Source of the DNA: an uncultured Gemmatimonadales bacterium | Lineage (GTDB): Bacteria; Gemmatimonadota; Gemmatimonadetes; Longimicrobiales; Gaopeijiaceae | Assembly (NCBI GenBank): GCA_963823035.1 | Contig: CAWGKG010000021.1 | Span: forward strand, 32,001-96,000 | Reading direction: 5' to 3' | Length of the DNA stretch: 64,000 nt | Shown: positions 54,591-64,000 of the stretch, in pieces | How the letters are laid out: each line of letters opens with the position of its first letter | Position numbering within the stretch: position 1 is the first letter of the stretch | The notes under the pieces: model-generated | What the model saw: only the letters and a program-made list of their open reading frames with translations | Databases searched by the model: none | Told to the model about the DNA's origin: nothing | Position numbers and translations under genes: made by a program

Positions 54591-57282
54591 ATGGAGACAG
54601 AGAGCATACCCGGCTACAGGATCGTCCGGCAGATCGGCCGAGGGGGCGCCGCCACGGTCTACCTCGCCGTCCAGGAGAGCCTGGAGCGCGAGGTCGCGCT
54701 GAAAGTGATCCCCGGCGCGGGCGACGACACGGGCGACGTGGCCGAGCGTTTCCGGCGCGAGGCGCGCACCCTCGCGGGGCTGACGCACCGCAACATCGTG
54801 AACGTCTTCGACGTGGGCACGGTCGACGGCGCCCTGTACCTGTCCATGGAGCACCTCGCGGGGGGAAGCCTACGTGCGCGGGATCCCGGCTCGCTGGCAC
54901 CCGACGAGAGCGCGGGGATCGTGTCGGACGTCGCGGCCGCGCTCCAGCACGCGCACGACATGGGCATCGTGCACCGCGACATCAAGCCGCAGAACATCAT
55001 GTTCCGCGAGGACGGCACCACCGTGCTCACGGACTTCGGCATCGCGAAGGTGGCCGGCGCGAGCGAGCTGACGCAGAACAACACGGTCATCGGCACGCCC
55101 TACTACATGTCGCCGGAGCAGGCGAAGAGCGCGCAGGTCGACGGCCGCAGCGACCTGTACAGCCTGGGGGTCGTGTTCTACTGGCTGCTCGTGGGGCGCC
55201 ACCCCTTCGAGTCCGACTCGCCCTTCGGCCAGATGATGAAGCACCTCACGGAGCCCGTGCCGCGTCTGCCGGCGGAGGTGGCGCGCTTCCAGCCCGTGAT
55301 CGACCGCCTCATGGCCAAGGACCCGGAAGAGCGCTATCAGCGAGGACAGGACCTGGTGGATGCGCTCGACGTCCTGGCTTCGGTGGAGCCGCGGGGGCGC
55401 CCCGGGGCGCCCCCGCCCCCTTCGACCGATCCGGCCCCCAAGCCACCGGGCCTCGCCGCCGCGCGGGTCGGCGGAGGGGTGGTCATGCCGGCGCCATCCG
55501 TGGAGGAATCGCCTTCGGAGGCGACGCAGATCCTCCCGCCCACCGCGTGGAAGCCCGACGGGGAGGATGGGGGGTCGGGAGGGGTGGGGGCCGCCTCGAT
55601 GGACGAGACGCGCCTGCTGAGGTTCGGGTCCGGTGCGACGACGCACCCCGGCGGGGACCTCCCCGTCGCGCTCGCCGTCGTCAGCGCGCGGGAGGCGGGG
55701 CGGGTGGGCGCGCGCATCCCGTGCGGCGCCTTCCCCTTCGTGATCGGTCGGACGGAGGGCGCCGACCTCTCCTTCCCGTCGGACCCGAACCTGTCGCGCA
55801 AGCACGTCGTGATCGACGTGGACGCCGACGGTTTCGTGATCCGCGATCTGAGCACGAACGGGATCTATCTGAACGGCCGGCATCTCCGCGGCGGATCCGA
55901 GCCGCTCTTGTTCGGTTCCTCGATCGTGCTGTCGCGCACCACGTCGCTCAGCTTCGTGACGGACCTTCCGGCACTTCCGGACCTCTCCGGGTCGGCGACT
56001 CGCCGATCGCTACCTCCTCGAGGAGCGGCTCCACGAGAGCATCAAGGCCGCGACGTATCTGGCGCGGGACACGCACCTTCCCCGTGCGCTCGCGGTGAAG
56101 ATCTTCGAGCCCAGCCTGCTCCGCCTGTCGCGGTACCGCGGGGAGTTCCTGCGGCTCGCCGAGCTGGCGGCGCACCTCCAGCACCCGCACATCGTGAGGG
56201 TGCTCGACTTCGGTGAGGTTCCGGCGCCTCCCGACCTCGAGGTGGACACGCTTCCGTACCTGTGCACGGAGTTCATGGAGGGCGGCAACCTCGCGCGCAG
56301 GCTGGACGCCAACGCCACGCCGCCCCTCGCCGACCTGATCTCCTGGACGCGACGGCTGGCCGACGCGCTGGACCACGCGCACCGCAACGAGGTCGTCCAC
56401 GGCGACATCAAGCCCGCGTGCGTGGTCTTCGACCGCGATGATCGGCCCTACCTCACGGACTTCGCCTTCGCGAGCCGTCGGAGCGGGACCGACCCGGACG
56501 CCTCCTCCGCCGTCCTGGGAAGCCCAGCCTACGTCGCCCCGGAGCGGTGGGCGGGACACGCCCCCACCGAGGCGACCGACCAGTACTCCCTCGCCGTGCT
56601 CGCCTACGTGATGCTGACGGGCACGCGTCCGTTCGAGGGGCAGGCGGATCCCGAGGTGCGGCGGCGCAACTTCCTGCGGGGGCCCTTCCCGGCGCACGAC
56701 GAGGCGGTGCGCGCCGGCCGCGAGGGCGTCCCCAGGGCGGTGACGGACGTGCTGGCCCGCGGGCTCAGCGTGGATCCCCTCGATCGCTTCGAGTCGGTGC
56801 TCGACTTCAGCGAGGCCTTCGAGCGGGCGCTGACGCTGCGGCGGGGCCGCGATCGGCCGCGCGTCTTCCTGAGCTACCAGCGCGCGGCGAGCTCGGGGTG
56901 GGCGCACCACTTCCGGGACAAGCTCGAGAGCGTCCACCTCGTGTCGGTGTTCGTCGACACGCTGGCGAAGGACGGCGCGCCACGCATCCCGGACCGCCTG
57001 CGCGAGGAGATCACGGGGTGCGACGTCTTCGTATGCCTGCTCGCGCCGGAGACGTTGACGTCCGACTGGGTGCGCCAGGAGATCCAGATCGCCGTGGAGA
57101 GCGGCAAGCCGATGGTGCCCGTCTTCCACGAGGAGTTCAGGCCGGGTGAGGATCAGGCGCACGGAGACGCCGACGTCGAGGCCCTCCTCGCCTACGACGC
57201 GGTGCACCTCCTCGATCGGCGCAACATCCACGTCGAGCACACCATCACGGAGTTGGCCGAGCGGATCAGGAAGCTGATCTGA
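54591..57282 (+). CDS. Ser/Thr kinase - FHA - (pseudo)kinase - TIR multidomain protein; one frameshift near 55992
   Basis: Kinase 1: GRGGAATV, VALK, HRDIKPQN, DFG, GTPYYMSPEQ. FHA: IGR, SRKH, STNG. Kinase 2: AVK, HGDIKPAC, DFA, APE. TIR: VFLSY, VFVD, SDWVRQE. Confidence 0.88.
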
Positions 57283-57314
57283 CGCGTGGTGCGATCCCGG
57301 CCGATCCGTCTTCC

Positions 57315-57354
57315 TTGACGTACGTATCCATCTCGGATATATCTGGCATGGATA
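57315..57354 (+). promoter_or_regulatory. TTGACG -35-like hexamer followed by two tandem 15-bp palindromes (putative PadR operator)
   Basis: TATCC-ATCTC-GGATA (57325-57339) and TATCT-GGCAT-GGATA (57340-57354), an AT-rich patch upstream of padR. Confidence 0.6.
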
Positions 57355-57382
57355 AATCGACACCCCCGTCAGGAGCCCCTCC

Positions 57383-57733
57383 TTGGTGCGCTCGTCCGAA
57401 CCCCGGGCCGTTCCGCTTCGTCCTCCCGTCTACCACATCCTCCTGGCGCTCATCGGTCGTGACCGTCATGGGCTGGGGATCGCCGACGAGATCGAGCGTG
57501 CGTCGGAGGGAACGGTGGAGTTGGGGCCGGGCACGCTCTATCGCTCGCTCGCCGAGATGGCCGGGGACGGCCTGATCCGCTCGGTGAAGGCGCCGTCGTC
57601 GGACGCCGACCCCAGGCGGAAGTACTACCGGATCACGCCGACCGGTAGGGACCTGCTCGCGGCCGAGACGGCGCGGCTCGGGAGACTGGTGGAGGCCGCG
57701 CGGGCACGGGGCGCGCTGCCGGAGCAGGCGTGA
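57383..57733 (+). CDS. PadR family transcriptional regulator
   Basis: YHILLAL, RHGLGI, LGPGTLYRSL, DPRRKYYRITPTG. Confidence 0.9.
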   Translation: MVRSSEPRAVPLRPPVYHILLALIGRDRHGLGIADEIERASEGTVELGPGTLYRSLAEMAGDGLIRSVKAPSSDADPRRKYYRITPTGRDLLAAETARLGRLVEAARARGALPEQA

Positions 57734-60413
57734 CGCGTCGGCGCACCGATTGGCACGTGCGCGCCTTCGCGGCGCTGCTGAGGCTCTACCCGGCGTGGTT
57801 CCGGGCGGAGCACGGTGAGGAGATGACGACCCTCTTCCGCCAGCGGCTCGAGCGGGCGGAGGGAGGGGGCGGGAGGGTCCGGCTCTGGTGGCGGACCCTC
57901 GGTGACGCGGGGTCGACGGCGTGGGCGCTGCGCCGCATGGACTCGGAGGGAGGGGGGCTTCACATGGGAACGCTGCTGCAGGACGTCCGCTACGCCGCTC
58001 GTCACCTGATGCGCTCGCCGCTGTTCACCGTGGGCGCGGTGGCGCTGCTGGCCATCGGCATCGGTGCCAATACCACGGTCTTCACCGTGGTCGACGGGCT
58101 CATCTTCCGGCCGCCGCCATGGAGCCACCCCGAGGAGGTCGTGCACGTCTATCAGGACTCGGACGACGGCGAGCCCAGCTCCAGCTCCTTCCCCGCGGCG
58201 CGCGACATGGGGCGCTCCGACGTCTTCCGGGCGGTCGCGGCCACCACGCCGTCCTCCGCGACGTGGGAGGGCCCCGACGGCCTCGAGCGCGTCTCGACCG
58301 AGTACACGACGTCGACCTACATGGACGTGCTCGGGCGCTCCGTGCAGCGCGGCCGCTGGTTCGGTCAGGCGGAGGACGTGGTCGGCGCCGCGCCCCTCGC
58401 CGTGGTCAGCGCGGCCACGTGGCACGCCCGCTTCGGTAGCGACCCGGACGTGGTGGGGCGCACGATCCGCCTGAACGGCCAGCCGGTCACGATCGTCGGC
58501 GTGGGTCCCGAGGGCCTCACGAGCACGATCACCCCGCTGCTCACGGATTTCTGGCTGTCGATCTCGGCCACGCCGGTCAGTGGCGACTTCCAGGTCGCGA
58601 ACCTCGAGCGTCGATCGGACCACTGGTACGAAGTGCTCGCCCGCCTCGCGCCCGGCGTGACCGTGCAGCAGGCCCAATCCGCCATGGACGCGCTGGCCGC
58701 CCGCCTCGCCGAGGACTACCCCGAGTTCAACAAGGGGCGGGGCATCACCGTGTTCGCGTCGAAGGACGTGCGCATGCATCCCCAGGGGGACGGTCCGCTC
58801 TTCCTGGCCGGCGGCCTCCTCGCGGCGGTGGTGCTCACGATCCTGCTGCTGGCGTGTGCGAACCTCGCGAACCTCCTCCTGGTGCGAGGTCTCAGCCGGT
58901 CGGGCGAGACCGCGGTGCGCGCCGCGCTCGGTGCTCCGCGCGGGCGTGTGGCCCGCCTCTTCCTCCTCGAGTCGCTCCTGCTGTCCGTGATGGGCGGGGC
59001 GATCGGGCTGCTGCTGACCCGCTGGGCGCTGGCCGCCATCCCCGCGCTCCCCCTCGCCGGCGTGATCGGCGGGACCCTGGAGTTGGGCATCGACCGGCGC
59101 GTCGCGCTGTTCTCCGTGGCGCTCATGGCACTCACGGGCATCCTCTTCGGGCTCGTCCCCGCCATCCGCTCCGTCCGGGCCGACGTCGCGAGCGTGTTGC
59201 GCGACGACCGCCGGAGCCGGCTCCGCGGACCGCGGCACCAGGCGCCTGCGAAGCCTCCTGGTGGCGGTGCAGGTGGCGGCGTCCCTCGTGCTCGTGCTCG
59301 GGACCGGCCTGATGGCCAGGAGCCTGAGCAAGCTCCAGACGGTGGACCCCGGCGTGGACGTCGACCGCGTGGCCTGGCTACGCCTGGACTGGGGCCGAGC
59401 CGGCCTCGAGGGCGGGCAGGTACGCGCCGCGCTCGACGAGCTGCGCGAGCGGATGGCCGCGCTCCCCGGGATCACACGGGTCGCGCTCGCCTCCCGGCTT
59501 CCAGCCGAGCGCTCCGGGACGACCACCACCGAGGTGGAGGGGTACACGCCCCCGGCCGGCACGGACGCGGTGGAGCTGGCGTTCTCGCTGGTCACCGACG
59601 GCTACTTCGAGACGATGGGGATCCCGCTCGTCGCGGGCCGTCTCTTCGGCGGCGACGACGTGCCGGGGGACGGCGGGGTCTCCATCCTCGTCAACGAGGC
59701 GGCGGCCCACCGCTTCTGGGGCGACGCCGACCCGATCGGCCGACGGATGCGCGGGCAGGGCTCGGAGCGATGGACGCGCACGGTCGTCGGCGTGGTGGGT
59801 GACGCGCCCGTGTCGAGGCTGGGGGAGTCCCCTCGGCCGATGTTCTACCTACTCGACGCGTCAGACCTCCTTCGCGCCGAGCTACGTCGTCGCCCGCACG
59901 AACGGTGAGCCGGCAGCGATCCTCGCGCCGATGCGCCGAGCGCTGGCGGAGGTGCAGCCCTCCGTGGTGGTGAGCCAACAGGGCACGCTGGCGACGCACT
60001 TCGGCGCCACGCTTTCGGCGCCCCGCCTGGCCGCGCGCGCGATGGGCGCCTTCTCGGCGCTCGCGCTGCTGCTGGCCGGGCTCGGAATCTACGCGGTGGT
60101 GAGCTTCAGCGTGGCCCGACGCACTTCGGAGCTCGGCATCCGCCTGGCCCTCGGCGCCGAGCGCTCCGGCGTGGTGCGCATGGTCGTGCGCGAGGTGGCG
60201 GGCGTGGTTGTCGCGGGGTTGCTCGTCGGCGTCGTCGTATCGGCGCTGGCCGCATCACGGTTGGGCGGGCTCCTGTACGGCGTGGACGCGTTCGACCCGC
60301 TCTCCTTCGGAGGGGCGGTGCTCGTGCTCCTGGCGGTGGCGTGGGTCGCGGCGTACCTGCCGGCGCGCAGGGCGTCGCGGGCGGATCCGGTGGAGTCGCT
60401 GCGCGCGTCCTGA
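57730..60413 (+). CDS. ADOP-type duplicated MacB/FtsX ABC permease; frameshifts near 59215 and 59850
   Basis: LLRLYPAWFRAEHGEEM prefix, QDVRYAAR, LACANLANLLL, RRTSELGIRLALGA, DPVESLRAS. Confidence 0.88.
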
Positions 60414-60438
60414 GCGCGGCCGGGCCGAGAGCGGGGCT

Positions 60439-61906
60439 CTACCTCCGCGTCAGCGTAAGCCCCGCCGCATCGACGCGTGACACCCGCCCGTCGGCCCCGG
60501 TCGTGAAGGAGAACGTCATGCCGGAGACCCGTCCGATCGCGCGGTCCCCGGCCGGGAGGACGATCTCCTCCCTCTCGAGGTAGCCGGGGGACTCCGCGTA
60601 GAGGGACGAGCCCTCCCGGGTGAGGGAGAGCGTAACCGGGGGCTGATCCGACGCGAACTCTCCCACGTAGGCTTCGAGCGCCGCGGCGTCCATCGGCAGC
60701 GCGTCGATCTCCCGCGGCCCGTAGTCCGGCCAGCCGTACTCGGCCGCCACGGAGAGGAGGATCTCCCGCGCCAGCGCGCTGCCGGCGTCGCTGTTCGTCA
60801 TGACCGCCGCGCCCCGGCCGAGCTCCGGAAAGTAGATGAGCTCGCAGCGGTAGCCCTCGTTCGCGCCCCCGTGCCCGAAGTGGAAGCCTCGTCCCTCGCC
60901 GCCGATCCCCGGCCCGAGGCCGAAGCCGGCGAACTGGGGCGTGAGCATCTCCATCGCGACAGGTCGGGACAGGATGCCACCCGGCTCGCCGGCGCGCGCG
61001 GCGGTGATCGCGATCGCCCACTTCAGGAGATCGGTGGGCGTCGTCCACAGTCCGGCCGCGGCCATCTCGGGATAGGTGTGCCACCGCCCCTCCACCTCGG
61101 CGCCGTCCGATCGGTATCCGACGGCCGCCTCGCCCCGACGGGACTGGGGGAGGGGCTGCTCGTAGGTGGAGCGCGTCATCCCGGCGGGGTCGAGCACCAG
61201 GCGCTTCATGAGCTCGGGGAAGGGCTCGCCGGTGACGTCGGTCATGGCGAGCTGCTCCACGGTGACGCCGCCCCCCGAGTACCGCCCGATGCGTGCCGGG
61301 CACGGTGTCGACCCGCACCGGTGGCGTGTTCGCGGGCGCCTCGCCGTCCAGGATCTGGGGAACGGTGGGGACCGGAGCGCCGGGCGCGTAGCCCGGGAAC
61401 CCGTGGACGGTCAGCCCAGCGCTGTGCGACACGATGCGACGGAGCGTCACGGGCGAGCGTCGGGTGAAGCCGTTCTCGGGCACCTTCCAGCTGGTGAGGA
61501 AGTCGTTGACCGGGGCGTCGAGGGAGAGCTTCCGCTCCTCGACCAGACGGAGCATCCCGGTGGCGGCCACCGGCTTGGAGATCGAGGCGGCCTGGAAGAG
61601 CGTGCCCGCCGTCACGGAGTCCGCGGTGCCGGCCTCCTTCACGCCGAAGCCGTGCGCCCAGACGATGCGACCGCTGTCGGCCACCGCGATCGAGACGCCC
61701 GGCACGTGGTAGCGCTCCATGCGGTCGGCCAGCGCGAACGAGGACTCGGGCCGGCCTTTCACGACGATGCCCGGCCTCAGCGCTTCCGTGACGCGCGCCA
61801 TGGCCGCTTCCTGGGAAGCTCCCGTGGTCGTGCTCGTGTCGCGTCCCGTGCAGGCGGCGGCGAGGGTGGCGAGTGCGACGGACAGGATCCGCAGGGACGC
61901 GCGCAT
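60439..61906 (-). CDS. Serine hydrolase (beta-lactamase class C-like) lipoprotein; frameshift near 61290
   Basis: Lipobox LAAAC, FQAASISK, HSAGL, YPEMAAAGLW, GHGG. Confidence 0.87.
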
Positions 61907-62062
61907 GACGGCTCTCCCGGAGATGTTGGAGGTGGAGGCCAAGATTCCGGCGGTGGGCGTGGCTGGCAAGGCTCGGCTCACGTTTCCCGGCCCCGCTGCC
62001 GATACCACCGGTGACGCTACGTGCACGATCGTCACCTGCCATCCAGTCGGAGGGTCGTTTCG

Positions 62063-62597
62063 ATGGCCCAGTTCGTCGCGATGTCCGCCCATGCCGAGGT
62101 CAACGGGGAATCCGTCCGGTCGGTGATCCTGGGCATGGGCGCGTTCCAGCGCCGCGCCGTCTCGATCCTGAGCGCGCACGGCATCGACGACCCCACGCCG
62201 GGGCAGGGTATTCCCAGCAGGGTTGGCTGGACGCCTTCCGGCACATCGCCGACGAGATCGGGCCGAACGTCCTCTACCAGATCGGGATGAAGATCCCCGA
62301 GGTGGCGAACTTCCCCCGCACATCCGGACCGTCCACGACGCCCTCGAGGCGATCGACGTCGCCTACCACATGAATCATCGCGGCGGCGAGATCGGCCACT
62401 ACAGGTGCGAGCCCGCGGGGCCCACCGCCGCGCGCATCCTGTGCGACAATCCCTACCCCTGCGAGTTCGATCGCGGGATCATCCAGGCCATGGCCCGGCG
62501 CTTCGCCGGAGGCCGGTCGGTGAGCGTCCGCCACGACGAATCGCACACCTGCCGGAACCAGGACTCGGAGTCCTGCGCCCACGTGGTGACCTGGTAG
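62063..62597 (+). CDS. Stand-alone V4R/HNOX-like small-ligand-binding protein; frameshifts near 62205 and 62315
   Basis: EVNG, WL.AF..I....G...LYQIG..IP, IDVAYHMNHRGGEIGHY, CDNPYPCEFDRGII, CR...ESC...VTW. Confidence 0.6.
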
Positions 62598-62640
62598 TTC
62601 GCCTCCCCGATTCTCGGTCCCTCGCCACGCGGCGCGGCGC

Positions 62641-64000
62641 TCAGCCCTTCTTCATCGACAGGCCGATGCGGTTCCGCTCGACGTCGACCTCGAGCACGCG
62701 CACCTGCACGTGCTGGCGCACGCGCACGACCTCGTTCGGGTCCTTCACCCAGCGGTCGGAGAGCTGGCTGACATGGACGAGGCCGTCCTGGTGGACGCCC
62801 ACGTCCACGAAGGCGCCGAAGGCCGTGACGTTGGTCACGACGCCGGGGAGCACCATCCCGGGCCTCAGGTCGCCGATGGCGTGGACGTCCGCGAAGGCGA
62901 ACGTCTGGAACGGCGGGCGGGGATCCCTCCCGGGGCGCGCGAGCTCCTCGAGGATGTCGAGCAGGGTCGGACGGCCCACCCCGTCGCCCACGTAGCGGTC
63001 CGGGTCGATGCGGTCGCGGCGGCCCGCGTCTTCGAGCAGCTGCGCCACCGTGCAGCCGGCGTCGCGCGCCATGCGCTCGACCAGGGTGTAGCGCTCCGGG
63101 TGGACCGCGCTGGCGTCCAGTGGATGCGTCCCACCGGTGACACGCAGGAAACCCGCTGCCTGCTCGAAGGCCTTCTCCCCGAGCCGCGGCACCTTCATCA
63201 GATCGCGGCGCGTGCGGAAGCGGCCGTGCTCCTCCCGCCAGCGCACCACGTTCTTCGCGAGCGCCGGGCCCATTCCCGCGACGTACGTGAGCAGCGGGGC
63301 GCTGGCCGAGTTGACGTCGACGCCCACCGCGTTCACGCAGCTGGTCACCGTATCGTCCAGCGCGGACTTCAGCGCGACCTGGTCGACGTCGTGCTGGTAC
63401 TGGCCCACTCCGATCGACTTGGGGTCGAGCTTGACGAGCTCGGCCAGAGGGTCCTGCAGGCGACGCCCGATCGAGACTGCGCCCCGGACCGTGAGGTCGT
63501 GGTCGCGGAGCTCCTCACGCGCCACCTCGCTGGCGCTGTAGATCGACGCGCCGGCTTCGTCGACCGCGATGATCGGGAGATCCAACGCGAGCTCGCGCAG
63601 GAACGCCTCGGTCTCTCGCCCGGCCGTGCCGTTGCCCACCGCGAAGGCCTCCGGGGAATAACGGTCGACGAGGTCGCGGACCACGCGCGCGGCCTCCTCG
63701 CGGCCGCCCTGCCCGACGGTGGGAAAGACGGTCGTGTTGTGCAGCAGCGTTCCCTGGGCGTCGAGCGCGACGACCTTGCAGCCCGTGCGGAAGCCGGGGT
63801 CGATCGCGAGGATCCGCTTGTCGGGGAAGGGTGGCGCCATCAGGAGCTCGCGCAAGTTCGTCACGAAGACCCGGATGGCGTCCGCGTCGGCGCGCTCCTT
63901 CGCGTCCTTCAGCGCCTCCCGCTCGAGGCTGGGAAGGAGGAGCCGCTTGTAGGCGTCGTCGAGCGCGAGCTCCACCTGATCGGTGGCGAAGCCCCGCCCG
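62641..64000 (-). CDS. tex: Tex-family RNA-binding transcription accessory protein (3' part)
   Basis: IDPGFRTGCK (YqgF-like), EAGASIYSAS, GVGQYQHDV, HhH, C-terminal S1 FGAFVDVGVHQDGLVHVS. Confidence 0.95.
   Translation of the reverse strand, partial: GRGFATDQVELALDDAYKRLLLPSLEREALKDAKERADADAIRVFVTNLRELLMAPPFPDKRILAIDPGFRTGCKVVALDAQGTLLHNTTVFPTVGQGGREEAARVVRDLVDRYSPEAFAVGNGTAGRETEAFLRELALDLPIIAVDEAGASIYSASEVAREELRDHDLTVRGAVSIGRRLQDPLAELVKLDPKSIGVGQYQHDVDQVALKSALDDTVTSCVNAVGVDVNSASAPLLTYVAGMGPALAKNVVRWREEHGRFRTRRDLMKVPRLGEKAFEQAAGFLRVTGGTHPLDASAVHPERYTLVERMARDAGCTVAQLLEDAGRRDRIDPDRYVGDGVGRPTLLDILEELARPGRDPRPPFQTFAFADVHAIGDLRPGMVLPGVVTNVTAFGAFVDVGVHQDGLVHVSQLSDRWVKDPNEVVRVRQHVQVRVLEVDVERNRIGLSMKKG

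Noticed and set aside
53680..60413. Defence island or mobile element around the kinase-TIR gene
   Set aside because: No integrase, transposase, tRNA or other defence genes flank it, and there is no evident compositional shift. The gene appears stand-alone.

Overview
Very GC-rich bacterial chromosome segment, gene-dense, with about 47 genes. No rRNA, tRNA, CRISPR array or transposase was recognised. The gene mix suggests a Gemmatimonadota/Acidobacteriota-like organism (inference): PadR-ADOP permease pairs, BNR/VPS10 and beta-propeller secreted proteins, and many secreted peptidases. About 15 otherwise conserved genes carry 1-bp frameshifts, most likely uncorrected long-read indels. Main content: (1) a two-component pair; (2) a divergent FAD/Fe-S 2-hydroxyacid oxidoreductase and an aminotransferase-TRAP-crotonase-CoA-transferase operon; (3) two PadR-ADOP modules with visible tandem operators; (4) a mycobacterial Sdh1-type succinate dehydrogenase operon with an extra gene, followed by a long palindromic element; (5) AsmA, a lipoprotein serpin and cydAB; (6) M14, S9, S46 and metzincin peptidases; (7) a Crp/Fnr regulator divergent from a His/Met-rich protein; (8) Tex. 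The best candidate for an undescribed system is a cytoplasmic ~900-aa protein with the architecture Ser/Thr kinase - Thr-motif linker - FHA - pseudokinase - TIR at 54591-57282, whose TIR catalytic Glu is retained.
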